Shown: positions 15,057 through 28,456 of the stretch, piece by piece
Layout of the letters: every line of letters starts with the position of its first letter
Numbering within the stretch: position 1 is the stretch's first letter
The notes under the pieces: generated by a model
What the model was told of the DNA's origin: nothing
The model's input: only the letters and a program-made list of their open reading frames with translations
Databases searched by the model: none
Translations under genes and position numbers: made by a program
From: the human T2T-CHM13v2.0 reference genome, Homo sapiens
NCBI RefSeq assembly: GCF_009914755.1
Contig: NC_060948.1
Direction: 5' to 3' (one strand)
Length of the DNA stretch: 64,000 bases

Positions 15057-15466
15057 ATTCTCAGTGTTAGGTGAAGGCTTGACCCTGGAATTTTCTCTCT
15101 TGGTGGTGGTGGCATCACATGATAAACAGGTGACCTGACTCAGGGCCCTGCAGGATCAGCTTCCAGTGGCAGTTGTGAAGGTAGGGATATGATTTCACAT
15201 TCTCATTGGAACCCACACAGAAGATTCAGCTGCTTTTAGAGTATCTGTCAGTTCCATCCATCCTGGGTACGATGTCACACTCATAAACAAACTACACAGA
15301 AACTGGAATTTCACTTTGGAGGAAAAAAATTTAAATTCTGTTAGATAAGGTAAATACCAGTAGTTTAAAGCCACAAAGGATGTCTTTCTTTCAGGTAAAG
15401 CTACTCTTCTGTGCTCATACAATATGATAGAACAGCTGCTTACATTTTTTATGTCAAGAATTTCAG

Positions 15467-15760
15467 ACCAGGTGTGGTGGCTCACACGTAGAATCCCAAC
15501 ACTTTGGGAGGCCAGGGCAGGTGGATCACTTGAGGCCAGGAGTTTGAGACCAGCCTGGCCAACATGGTGAAAGCATATTTCTACTAAAAATACAGTAATT
15601 AGCTGGTTGTGGTGGCAGGTGCCTGTAATCGCAGCTACTTGGGAGGCTGAGGCAGGAGGATTGCTTGAACCTGGGAGGCTTGAACCTTGCAACGAGTCAA
15701 GATTTTGCCACTGCACTCCAGCCTGGGTGACAGAGCAAGACGCGATCACCAAAAAAAAAA
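15467..15760 (+). mobile_element. Alu (AluS/J)
   Basis: Dimeric Alu. Confidence 0.9.
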
Positions 15761-16160
15761 GGAATTTGCTAAAATAAATCGGAGAAGGTTAGGATTTACC
15801 TCATTGTAAGTCAAGAACTTTAGGCAGGGGCTTTTCTTCTAAGAAAAAATGTCATTTATTCCATTTAGACATGTAAATGCTTAGGTGAGCAGAACAAATT
15901 ATTCTCTGGAGATTTAGAAAAAAAATCAGTCTGGTTTCTATGGCTGCATGAATCTGGAAGGTAAATTATTAACCCACTAGACTAAAATTTAACTAAAGAC
16001 TACCTTATGGTGGCAGTCTGTTCAATAGGGCTTTTGTTAGCATGCTTGCATGAAGGCAGACAACTCAAACAATTATTGGCTTGGATGGGGAGCAAATGCA
16101 TTGGGTTAGTTTCTGTGACATGTGTTCTCATTTCTACCAGTGTACTCCAGTTTCAGCCCC

Positions 16161-16380
16161 TGTATCAGTTATCTATTGATTGCTGTGTAACAAATAACCC
16201 CAAACTCAGCAGGTGAAAACTACAAACACTGATGATCTCACACATGTTCTGAGAATCAGGAATCCAGGTACAGCTTAGCCAAGTGGTTCTGGCTCAGGGT
16301 CTGTCACAAGGTTGCAGCCTGTGCTGCAGCCTCTGAGACCTCGTGTGGGGCTAGAGGATCAATTCTAAGCTCAGTAAGGG
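16161..16380 (-). mobile_element. Old MLT1 LTR fragment
   Basis: TGTATCAGTTATCTATTG..TGCTGTGTAACAAATAACCCCAAACTCAG...TCTGGCTCAGGGTCT. Confidence 0.6.
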
Positions 16381-16737
16381 TGTCACAGCAGCAGAAGTGA
16401 TGCAGCATCATGTGCAGCAATTCCGTTCGTCTCAGGGACCAACCTGATAAATATGGCACAGGCCGGTACTGGAATGTAAATGCCAAAAGCCGGAGCTCAT
16501 GTGTGCCATTTGAGAAGCTGCCTATCGCGTTCCTGTTTATCTTTTGCATGCATAAATTGGGACCTTGGTTAGAGAATAGCTCCTGTTGAGTCCGTAGTCA
16601 TCCATCAGAAAATGCTAGGAAAAGTAGTTGTTGATTTAGCCACATTCATGCCCTCTCTTTGGAGCCATCAGAGCCCACAAATGGAGACTCTCCTTTAACA
16701 ACTTAGCAGTCAGTTCATTAGAAAGTATTATTTCTCT

Positions 16738-16951
16738 AACCTGGGCAATATATTGAGACTCTGTCTCTACAAAAAAATAGAAATTAGCCAGGCGTGATAG
16801 TGTATTGCTGTAATTCCTGGAACTAAGGAGGCTGAGTTGGGAGGATCACTTGAGGCTTCAGTGAGTCATGATCACATCGGTGCATTCCAGCCTGGATGAC
16901 AGAGCAAGACTATCCCAAAAATTAAAAAAAAAAAAATGAATGAATGAATGA
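16738..16951 (+). mobile_element. 5'-truncated AluJ-like Alu followed by (GAAT)n
   Basis: Alu right-arm motifs and A tail. Confidence 0.8.
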
Positions 16952-18060
16952 ATCACATACCTATTTTTTACTCTTAATTGTATTCTTGCACAGAAAAATA
17001 GTTTTGCCTCCAATCAAATCCATACAGTTACTGAGCCCCTAATGGTCGAACCTCCTCAGTTCCCACCTACACCATAAATTAGTATTAATCTTCTAGGTAA
17101 TTTCACAACCACTGCTGCATCTCTGTGCTCCTTCTGCCTCAAGACATGTAGGAAATGTTGGCATTTCCCTTTCAAAAGAACGAAACAATTGAATAACCTT
17201 CTTTACAGTCCTTTGTGCACAATTAACTTAAAAAGTTAATGAGAATATTTTTCTCCAAACACGTTCACAAAGTTTACATTTTCCCTTTTACTCATGATGT
17301 CAGTCCCTTTGTTGGTCTTGGCTCTCACAGCACTAAGATCATTCATCCATTTGTTCATTGGGCAGATGTTTATTGAATACCTATGGGTCCAAGGCACTGG
17401 TCCCAGAAGACAAGGCCATGAGGACAGAGCACAGTACTAAGGGCAAACAATTTTCTCAACAGTGATTTGAGGCCCATGAGATTTGAACAAATGAGCCTCC
17501 TGAGAGCAAGTTCTGGACACTCAGCCTGCCTTAGTGGACATATTGCAGGTTCCTAAGATTTTAGAGTTGGGAGGGAATCTTTGAGATTCGCTTGTAGCCC
17601 TTACATGTTCTAGACACGGCAGATGTCCAGTGAGGAGGTGGCTTCCTCTAGTGGAGAGCTGAAGGTGGGATGAGGCAGTGTTGGTTTTGGCACCACGTCA
17701 CCTAGGCACTTCTGTTACCTGGAAACAAGGCAGAGCTTTGCTTTGGCATGCAGCTTGGTGGTACCAGCATGTTTTTGTCTTCACAGTGACATGACCGTGG
17801 CTCTGAGACCTGAGGCTTAGATGGCAGCCCCACTTCCGGCTTTAATTTTTCCCTGGAGAGTTCTCACCTTCCCTGCTTTCCAAGCCTACCTGAGATGGGC
17901 AACCAAAATTTCCCAAGGCAGGAAATAGTTGAAAATAGAAGTAGAATATGAAAGAGGATGGCTTTCATTTGTTTTTTTTTTTTTTTTTCCTTTTCTTCTC
18001 TCTCTGACTCTGTGTTTTTCTTTCCTCATCACTCACAAATAGCATCTACTTATTCAAGCC

Positions 18061-18216
18061 TTTCCTTCCCTTCTTCTCTTCCTCCCTCCTTCCCTTCTTT
18101 CCTTCCTTTCTTACCCCCTCCCCTCCCCTCCCTTCCCCTCCTCTCCTCTCCCCCGTCTTCTCTCCTCCCTTCCTTTTCTTCCTTACTGCCATCGTCTTTT
18201 CTCCCTGCCTCCCTTC
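18061..18216 (+). repeat. CT-rich polypyrimidine low-complexity tract
   Basis: Almost only C/T (CCTT/CCCT/CTCC units). Confidence 0.9.
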
Positions 18217-18939
18217 ATGAATCATTTTCCTGGCCAATTCAATCGACTGAGAAAATCCTTGGAGAAATGGCCATATTTCTTTAACACTGGGTTCCTTTCA
18301 GGGCTCAAGATTCCATTTTTTTTCTCAGTATTTTCTCCTACAGAATAGGAGTCTTCTTCATGCTACAATGTGCACTGTGTACAGAAACTGTGAATAGAGA
18401 AGTAGCCGTTCTTCTTGCTAAGTTTCTTTCAGAAGGTGGTTCCACATAGATGACTTTCACTCTGAACTCAGTATCATGGGGCATGTGTGTGCCCACACAT
18501 TGCCAGTTTCAGTTGTGGGCAAACAGAACTAATACTCTCTCACCAAGATAAACATACAAGGAAAGCACTCTATCTTTGTGCAGCATCATTTGCATCCTAT
18601 AAAATAATGGCTTCTTAAAGCCGACCTGTCTTATGGGTGGTTTTTAATTAGTCCAAGCAGAACCTAATGTGGCCACTAATATTCCACTTGCTAAAACAAG
18701 GACAGTCGAATTCGATCTGTCATCATTGATTAGATGCATGCAGTCACCCAATGCTGTTTGCCCAAGCATCTGTAGGCATAGATTCCCCAGTGCTGATTCC
18801 CCAATTCTTGTAAGGGGCAGGACTTAATTAAATCTTAAAGTGACAGCTGAAAATTTAAGGGTCAGGAAGTCATGTCTAAAACAGGATTGATTATAACAAT
18901 AATAATAGCAGCAACTAAGACTAAACCTGGTTCAGGCTA

Positions 18940-19230
18940 TTTATTTATGAGGCTGAGTCTCACTCTGTCACCCAGGCTGGAGTGCAGTGGCACGATCTCA
19001 GCTTACTGCGGCCTCTGCCGTCCAGGTTCAAGTGAGTCTCCTGCCTCCGCCTCCTGAGTAGCTGGGATTACAGATGCCCACTACCACACCTGGCTAATTT
19101 TTGTATTTTCAGTAGAGATGGGGTTTCACCATGTTGGCCAGGCTGGTCTCAAACTCCTGACCTCAAGTGTCGCGCCCACCTCAGCCTCCCAAACTGCTTA
19201 GATTACAGACATGAGCCGTCACACGCAGTC
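18940..19230 (-). mobile_element. AluS
   Basis: Reverse dimeric Alu. Confidence 0.9.
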
Positions 19231-19668
19231 TCTGGCTCAGGCATTTTGTTTGGGGTCACCTGGTCTTAATTAGCAGCACTCTGGGATTTGAGTGGCGCTG
19301 TGCTGTTGCCCACAAAGCCCATCAGTAGCACCATTGCCTATGTCCTTCAGGACAGTCTGTTAGGGAGGGTGGCCCAGGTGTTGGCATGGTCATCCCCATT
19401 TTATAAGTGAGGGAACCTCAGCCAGGCAGGGTCCTTGCCTGGATCCTCTGTGGGGAACCCTGTGAGCTTGTAACCCCCCATGCAGCCCAGCGTGTCAGTA
19501 GCCCCCAAATTGAGAGATAGAGAGGGCACCGAGGTGTGAGGCCATTGGCTAGCTATGTGAGCCACTTGTCAATCGCCTGGGACTTCTGAGGCCCACAGAC
19601 ATTCACCTGGACCTTGATCAGGTATCTCACAGAACTTGCAATAACTGAGTCTGTTAAAAATAACTTCA

Positions 19669-19970
19669 GGCCAGGCACGGTGGCTCACACCTGCAATCCT
19701 AGCACTTTGGGATGCCGAGGCGGGTAGATCACGAGGTCAGGAGATTGAGACCATACTGAGTAATACGGTGAAACCCCATCTCTACTAAAAATACAAAAAA
19801 TTAGCTGGGCATGGTGGCAGGCGCCTGTAGTCCCAGCTACTCAGGAGGCTGAGGCAGGAGAATGGCGTGAACCCGGGAGGCGGAGCTTGCAGTGAGCTGA
19901 GATTGCATTACTGTACTCCTGCCTGGGCAACACAGCGAGACTCCGTCTCAAAAAAAAAACAAAAAAAAAC
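19669..19970 (+). mobile_element. AluY-like Alu
   Basis: GATCACGAGGTCAGGAGAT, GGCGGAGCTTGCAGTGAG; AACTTCA on both sides. Confidence 0.9.
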
Positions 19971-20519
19971 TTCAAACACAGAAAACCACTTTTTGTTTCC
20001 TAGATAAGTGTAGTATTCAACTAGAATGACTGGAGGTTTTTAATTTGTTTCACATTGATCAAGGGGAAAAATAAAAGATATATCTTTTTATCGTTAGACC
20101 TTCCAGTAATGTGTGAAGTCTAGTAATAGCATGTGTGTCAGAATAACTCAGTTGTAAAGTCTACATTATGATGCTACTCATCCCTTAAATGTAGACAAAA
20201 TGGGGACAATAGCTCTCGCTGCAAGCCCATCTACTCTACCCATGTATGTTGGCAGGGATATGGTACCATGTGGCTTCTACTTCTCCATCCACTTTATGGT
20301 TAGTGTTCACGCTCATTATAAAAACTCAACAAGACCAGAAATATCGTATGAGTCCTCAAGAAGGAAAATGCAGTGTTCCAGGGAGTTATGGCATCCACTA
20401 CCGGCTCTGAACTTTCTTAAGTTAGTATATTTATCCAGGAACTCATACTTACCAAACTGTTTTTTAAGTTTCTTTCCTAAGTCATGCACACTCCAAGCTA
20501 AGTGTCATGGCTGCAGAGG

Positions 20520-21950
20520 CCCATGCCCTCATGGAGCTTGCCTGGTATTTGGGACACTGGTACCAAACAGAGAAACAAAGAAACAAAATACTTTGATGAC
20601 AGTAACACATCCTGTGATAGAGATGAACAGTGTAACATGGGTTGGAGGAGATTCCACATTAGATGTAAGAAGGCCTCTATGAGGAAGAGACAGATGAACT
20701 GAGGTCTGTAGGATGTGGCTGGAAGAGCCAGGAGAAGAGAGTTTCAGGTGAAGAGGCCAGCACATGCAAAGACCAGGTACCCAGGCGCCTGAGGGAAAAG
20801 ACAGAAGCCAGGCCAGCATGGTGGAGTAAGTGACCAACAGGGAGCTGAGGTGAGAGGTGGATGTGGTGAGCAGACCCTGCAGTGCCTTGTAGGCCGTAAT
20901 GTGGGAAATTAAGGAACCAGAGAGACCGAGTGGAGTGCAGGAAAGTGTTTATTTGAGGTGTACACTAGCTTTGTGGACATGTGTCCTGAAAGTCTGAGCC
21001 CAGAACAAAGAAAATGAGTTCCCTTTAAGTATCTTGAGGCAGGCACTGTGTGAAGCAGGAAGCAGGCTTACAGAAGTGAGAAGAAAGGCTGCTGTGACAC
21101 TTTTGCAACATATCTTACATCTCTGGGATATCTTCGTTTGCAGCTTATGCTTATCTGCCTTGTGACTTTGCATCTTTGCAGGGAAGAAAGAAACAGGAGT
21201 TTACAGAGCCTGTGAAATATGAGGAGAGTAGATATGGTTAATGTTTCTTGGGACAGGCAGTTAATATTCTCCTTTAACTTTAACTTCTCGGGAGCTACTT
21301 AAATTCTTTTTAGCCTTGATTAATACAGCAATTCAGTCTATGAGCTGTTATTATTATTTTGGTTACGATTACTATAATCTTTACTATTACTACTTATGCT
21401 ACTATTCTGTTGTTTTCTTAATTTCCTACTTCAATAATACTAAGACAGAGAGTGTGGACTAGAAGCCACCCAGCAGCTTCCTACCACACTAATCAGTGGC
21501 TGGATGCCAGATGCGGGATGGACTGTGATCACTCCAATTTTGTCCCAGGCAGGGAGATAACTTCACCTTCCATTAGCATAGCTCAGTGGAGCCAAGAAGG
21601 GAAGAAGACAGATTCAGGACATCCTTCAGCACCAAATATCATTGGACATATGTCCTGGCTAGGGGAGTGAAGGTGTGGCATGTGACTGTGGAGATGTGAC
21701 TTATGGAGACCACGGGCTAGAAAAGGAACGAGATGCTGTGGATGGGAGGGTGGAGATCTCCACTGTAGGCATGCCACATTTAAGATGCTGCTTGGACCTC
21801 CAAGTGGCCAAGTCATGCAGGCCATGCAGGGATGAGTAAGGAGCTCTAGAGGGCAGGGGCTGGAGACATCTGGGATATAGTGCTGGGGACTGGATGTGTT
21901 CACTGGGGAGACAGATAGTGGTGCAGTCAGCCAGGGGCACTCAAATGTCT
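20520..21950 (-). mobile_element. Degraded L2, interrupted by an LTR
   Basis: TGCCCTCATGGAGCTT, CAGCACATGCAAAG and AGGGGCTGGAGACAT are typical antisense L2 motifs. Confidence 0.55.
20900..21433 (-). mobile_element. Solo LTR, probably ERV1 class, family not assigned
   Basis: TG...CA ends with imperfect terminal inverted repeat GGAAATTAAG; GTAA/ATAA flanks; antisense AATAAA-like signal (TTTATT ~20948). Confidence 0.6.
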
Positions 21951-22784
21951 GGAAGAAGCCTTTTAGAACAAGGTCTCCAAACTATTTCCAGAGTCATTTA
22001 ATACCTCCTTGTGTTTTTCATAGGCACTCAGAAGCTCTTAGGAGATAAGGATATAGGGAACTTGCCATCCAGAGACTTCTGCAGAGAATATGCATTAATA
22101 TCACCATCATATTCTCACTGACTCCCCCTTTTTTAAAATAAGGGAGATGGGGCTTAGACTAAGACGTGTTCTTAAATTCCATCCCTCCTCCTTTTTTTCT
22201 GACTGTAGTTTTCATCTGAGGCAGAGAGAAATGACACATATAGCTAAATTAGACCTGATTATCTGTTGTTTTTCTTGGACTTTTGAAGTTTTTGCTAACA
22301 ACCACAGCATAGTCTTGAACATTACATAATAGCATAATGTATTAATTTTAAAAATGCGTTTTGTGGTTAACCTTGACATAAGAATACCCAGCTCATTTCC
22401 CAACCACATGGATTAATACAGATTTGATGAACTGAAATGTGCCCTTCTGCTGCCGCATAGTTCAGTTGTTTTAGGGATGGAAGCTGGCTTGAGAATTTCT
22501 AAATTTGATGAACATTCAGAGGTTCTAGAAACTATCACGATTCTGAAACTGTTTGTAAGAAATGCCTTGACTGTACTGGGAAATACATCAAAATGACACT
22601 TTTGAATCTGAAAAGAACTGAGTCCTGTACATTTTTTATTTTAGTTAAGAGTTTGAATCCAGCTTATGAGGAAAAAAAAAAGAAAGCGGATGCTATATAT
22701 TTTTGGCTTGTCAGTTTGAAAACAAACTGGTTGATGCCCATTTTCACGGTCATAACCATTTTGATCTCTCCATGGCTTCCAGAA

Positions 22785-23140
22785 ACCACCATTTTACTTT
22801 CTGTCTGTAGTTCTGACTACTATGGTGACTTCACATAAGTGTAATCATACATAAATTGTCCTTTTGTGTTGGGCTTATTTCAGTTAGCATAGTGTCCTTT
22901 AGGTTCACATGCACTGTAGCATTTGTCAGAATTTCATTCTTTTTAAAGATTGAGTAATTTGTCAGACATATGGGTTGCTTCCACTTTTTGGCTATTGTGA
23001 ATAATGGAGCTGTGTACATTGAAGTGTCTGTTTGAGTCTCTTGTCTCCAGTTCCTTTGGGTGTAACCTAGAAGTGGACTTGCTGGATCAGATGGTAATTC
23101 TCTTCACTTTTTTGATGGCCTGCCATTTTGTTTTTCTGAA
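22785..23140 (-). mobile_element. Old L1M 3' fragment
   Basis: GGGTTGCTTCCACTTTTTGGCTATTGTGAATAAT, CCTAGAAGTGG. Confidence 0.75.
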
Positions 23141-23478
23141 GGTTTAATTCTTTGTGAGATGTGATAAAAGTAGGGTCCAACCGTGACTCCTGTGATCTGA
23201 TGCAAAGGTTAACCTGCTGCAGCCTGCATGCCGGATTTAGCCCTTGCTACTTATGCACAGTTGGTGTGCTAAGGATACTTTTAATATTTTTGGATGTCTG
23301 AAAAAAACTGAGGGATAGTACGTCATGATCCATGAAAATTAAGTGAAACTCAGATTTCACTGTACGTAGCTGAGATTTCATTGGAACACAGCTACACCCG
23401 TTACCTGTTCTCTATAGTACAGAAGTTGTATGGCCATGTATCAGGATTTGCTGTGACCCTTCAAGAACAAATCTGTGA

Positions 23479-23772
23479 GGCTGGCATGGTGGCTTCATGG
23501 CTGTAATCCTAGCCCTTTCAGAAGTCGAGGTGGGAGGATTGTTTTAGCTCAGGAGTTGAAGACCAGCCTGGGCAACATGGTGAAACCCTATCTATACTCA
23601 CTTAAAAAAATTAGCCAGGTGTGATTGTGTATGCCTGTAGTTCCAGCTACTCAAGAGGCTGAGGTGGGAGGATTGGTTGAGCTTGAGAGTTTAATGCTAC
23701 AGTGAGCTGAGATAGTACCACTACATTTCATCCTGGGTAATGGAATGAGATCATGTCTCAAAAAAAAAATAA
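23479..23772 (+). mobile_element. AluJ-like Alu
   Basis: Dimeric Alu. Confidence 0.88.
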
Positions 23773-24638
23773 AGTCCGACAAGCTTACTTATGGCTCTGA
23801 GTACATGCATCAAGCTGTCCATCTAATTAATCACACAGTCCTACACATTACTTCTGTCACTTTTTTGCATGTAAGCACCAATCCATTGCTTAAGCCCCCA
23901 GGAGGAGTTTCTTCAGTAGGACATGGAGAGTGTAAAAACTCCAACCAAGTCTTTCATCTTGCCCATTTCAGGTACATTTTCTTCTCTGTTTGCATTCCAA
24001 AACGTAGCTTCCTATCGTGCCTATTAAGGAACTGCCTATTCTCATTGACTAAGAGGTAAATATCTGTATAATAGAAGAACCAAACTGAGGAAAATCATCA
24101 AAATCTAGTTACTTTTTTCAGACACTGTTTTTGGACAAGGTTTGTACCCAATTAGGAGGCATAGTCTTCTATTTTTAATTTGTGATATTTCCATAAAATC
24201 GTGTAGATCTTACACTTGTTAAGTGTAGGGTATTTTCAATTTATTTTTTATGTTATTTTATTTTTTTCAAAGAGCTGTTCTCTGCACTGAAGCCTGGGTG
24301 TGACTTGTTAAAAGTTAAATTCACATAGCATCTGTCTCCTCCATTAGCTTCTTGCATTTAAAAAATATCTCCTTCGACATATCATTTAAGGGCAACACTT
24401 TGTTCGGTATTTAATTTGTTGGCAGAAATATCAGCCCAGAACTTCTTAATATACTTACCTAATGCTATTGCACATACCAATATAATTTACATTTAACTTA
24501 TTATTTTATTGAATTCATGAGAGTGATCTTAGGACCTGTGATAAATTTGAACAGGCACATTACAAATCAGGCTAAGTTTAAACTAGGAAGCCAACTTTAA
24601 GACTGTTTTTGTAGGAAATTGGGAATTGTGTATTGTCT

Positions 24639-25196
24639 TATCTACAACCATCTGATCTTTGACAAACCTGACAAAAACAAGCGATGGGGAAAGGATTCCC
24701 TATTTAATAAATGGTGCTGGGAAAACTGGCTGGCCATATATGGAAAGCTGAAACTGGATCCCTTCCTTACACCTTATACAAAAATTAATTCAAGATGGAT
24801 TAAGGATTTACATGTTAGACCTGAAACCATAAAAACCCTGGAAGAAAACTGAGGCTATCCATTCAGGACATAAGCATGGGCAAGGACTTCATGTCTGAAA
24901 CACCAAAAGCAATGGCAACAAAAGCCAAAATTGACAAATGGGATCTAATTAAACTAAAGAGCTTCTGCACAGCAAAAGAAACTACCATTAGAGTGAACAG
25001 GCAACCTACAAAATGGGAGAAAATTCTCACAACCTACTCATCTGACAAAGGGCTAATATCCAGAATCTACAATGAACTCAAACCAATTTACAAGAAAAAA
25101 ACAAACAACCCCATCAAAAAGTGGGCAAAGGATATGAACAGACACTTCTCAAAAGAAGACATTTATGCAGCCAAAAAAAAACATGAAAAAATGCTC
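24639..25196 (+). mobile_element. L1PA ORF2 C-terminal internal fragment
   Basis: Translates to [28 protein letters not shown]...[19 protein letters not shown]; no 3'UTR or poly(A). Confidence 0.93.
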
Positions 25197-25780
25197 TTTT
25201 GAAATTGTGTTTTAATTGTATTTGCATGAAGAAGCAGCTTGTTTCCTATTAGACTGGTAAAGTGGGAACACTAGAAAAGAGAAAGGTGGGATTTGGGAAA
25301 TATGACATGAAGATGTTGTTAAAAAAGGGATGCATATAATTAAATATGACAAGAACAGTGCTACTTAAATATGAAAGCTGCTAACATTTTAATGTTCTCT
25401 TTATAAACAAAAGAAACTTTAAGAATTTTAACATCTGCTAGAGCTCAGTCTAATCTGAATTCTTTTTTTCATCTGACCTTTTTATTTTTTCTTTCTCAAA
25501 CACACTAACTCATTTTAAAAATTACTTTTGAGAACCAAGTAATCTGTTTCCATTTAAGAAGGCTACAGATAAATATTATGTTCCATTTGAAATGACAGTT
25601 TCACTCATTTTATACATTTACTTATATGACTATTTTAGGTTCCTTTTAAATAAATAGCTTAAATTCATCCTTTTGGGAGCCACTGATTAAAATGTTTGCA
25701 CGTTCATTGTGGTTTTAAAATTTGCATTTGTTTAATTGTGATAAAAAATACACCAAAAGTGTATTTCTGTGTGTTTGTGT

Positions 25781-26082
25781 CCGTATGTGTGTGTGTGTTT
25801 TCAGAGAGGGTCTCACTCTGTTGCCCTGGCTGGAGTGCAGTGGTGTAATGTTGGCTCACTGCAATCTCCCTTCCAGATTCAAGTGACCTTCCTGCCTCAG
25901 TCTCCCAAGTAGCTGGGACCACAGGGCCACACCACCATGCCTGACTAATTTTTGGTATTTTTTGTAGAGATGGGGTTTCCCTGTGTTGTCCAGGCTGGTC
26001 TTGAGCTCCTGGGCTTAAGTGATCCATCTGCCTCAGTGTCCCAGCGTGCTGGAATTATATGCGTGAGTCACTGCGCCTGGCC
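25781..26082 (-). mobile_element. AluJ-like Alu with (TG)n tail
   Basis: Reverse Alu. Confidence 0.88.
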
Positions 26083-28084
26083 TATGTTTGTGTTTAAGGT
26101 CTGAGAATATTAATAGAGCAAAGGAAACACACCAGTATTCCAGTGAGCAGTGTGTGCAGTTATTCCCACTGTGTGATTATATTGTTTTTTACAAGTCTAC
26201 ATTTATGGCTTTACCTATATTTGAATATGTGAATTCATGCAGTGTAATTGTACAGCACTGTGCTCGCTTAGTGGCACAGAGAGGTTGAGTTATTGACTAG
26301 GGGACCCATAATTGTCAGCAAGAAATTCTGGGATTTAGCCAAGGACAGCCTCACTCCAAGATCATGCTGCTTCTCAGAGTTTGCTTGGATTGTTAGAGTG
26401 TAATTTCTGGAAAACAAGGCCATGCTGGAATCTAGAGGAGAGAAAGATGACTCACACTGGGTATGAGTAGAGTGTGGTTGAGATGTGCAAACAAGATATA
26501 GGTAAGAAAGGAAAATGCAAACTAGTAGAAGAAGGAGTTGGGCTTTTTGTTCTTATTTTTTATTTTAAGATAGGTCATGTGGTATAACAGGAAGCTGATG
26601 GAACTTAGGGTCAGACCACCTGGGATCATTCTTGGATTCCAACCTCCCTTGCCATTGTATCCAGAGGTCAGCTTGTCTTTGAGATATCTAGGGACGGTGA
26701 TGCAGTGGAGATCAGGGTGTTAGTGAAGATTAAACTCATGTAACATGAAGCATGACACACATTCTGCATGTTTGTCTTTGTACCATGACATACTTGGACA
26801 TACATATTCCTGATCTGGTAAGAATTGATTCCGTATGTTTTTTGTGACCTCAGCATTCCACGCCCAGACTCTGAAGTCAAAGGGGACAATCAGAGCCAGA
26901 GCCCTTAGTAGTTGGGAAATTCTGATCGCCAGTCAGCACAAATATTTGACTATTGGAAATTTTTTTAATGGTGAGCTCTTTTTCTGTTTCGAGATTTGGT
27001 AGTCCTTTCTGATTAGTAGACAGAGAAGTCTGTTTGACAGAGTTAATGTGAGGCCCTGCACTGGCTGTCACCTCATGCAGTGCACTGTCCTTCCATGGCC
27101 TGTTCTGTTAGTTTAGCGAGGTCAATAATACCTGCCCATCTCACAGAGTTTACATCCAAGTGTTTCATCATGGTGGAAGTGGTTTTTAATGAAACAATAG
27201 ATTTCTTGGTTTTGCTTCAAGGAAATGTCTGAAGTGTTTGCTTTCCCAGTGATTTCATGCTCTAAACTGCCTTTTTGTGCCCATGGCCCATGAGCATAAA
27301 ACAGCGTCGTTGCTATTCAGGCAAATAAAAGCCAGATAAAAGAAAACCTCACTGTTTAGCCATTGTATCAGAGAGAGCCAAACTGCCTTTCTTCCCAAGC
27401 CCTGGTTTTTAGGGGATCACGTGTCACCCACACCTGAAATCTATTCTAATTATCTGTGTTGCATAACAAGAAAGGCCACTGAGGAATCAGAATTCTTACA
27501 AGCATGGACATGCTTATTTTATGAATTGAAAAATATTCCTAATCAGCAGTTGTGGTTACACAAAATTAGGCCTGATGTAAGGTTCCACAATTTAAAAAGC
27601 ACTGTATGTGTTTAACTATGATTTACAGTCATTTATATTAAGAATAGTTGCTAGTGGTTTTGCAAGTTTCCAGCAGTTGTAATGCAACTAGGGAAGCTTT
27701 TACATATCAAAGTCAGGAGCCACCAATACAGAACAGATTTTAACAGGTATTAGGGTATCTGGGAATTACGTGAGAGGAAAATTAACTGAATTCTATAGGT
27801 AAAAAGTGAAATTCATTTACTCCTCCAACCATGTACTCTGTTGCTTTCTTGGTGAGAGAAATGACTGACCTACTTGGTCTCCATGAAACTTGGTCTTCTT
27901 ACCTATAAATAAGATACTAAGTGTTGATCTGAGAATGTATGAGTCTAAATTTTACATAATGGGAAACATGCATACATGAGTGAAAAGCAGAACGCTGTGA
28001 TAACTCACTCTTGTTCCAGCTACAATTTTGTAAACACCATAGGCTTACTATAGGAAAGGAAGTATCTTAGAAAATCCTAAAATT

Positions 28085-28456
<372 letters not shown>

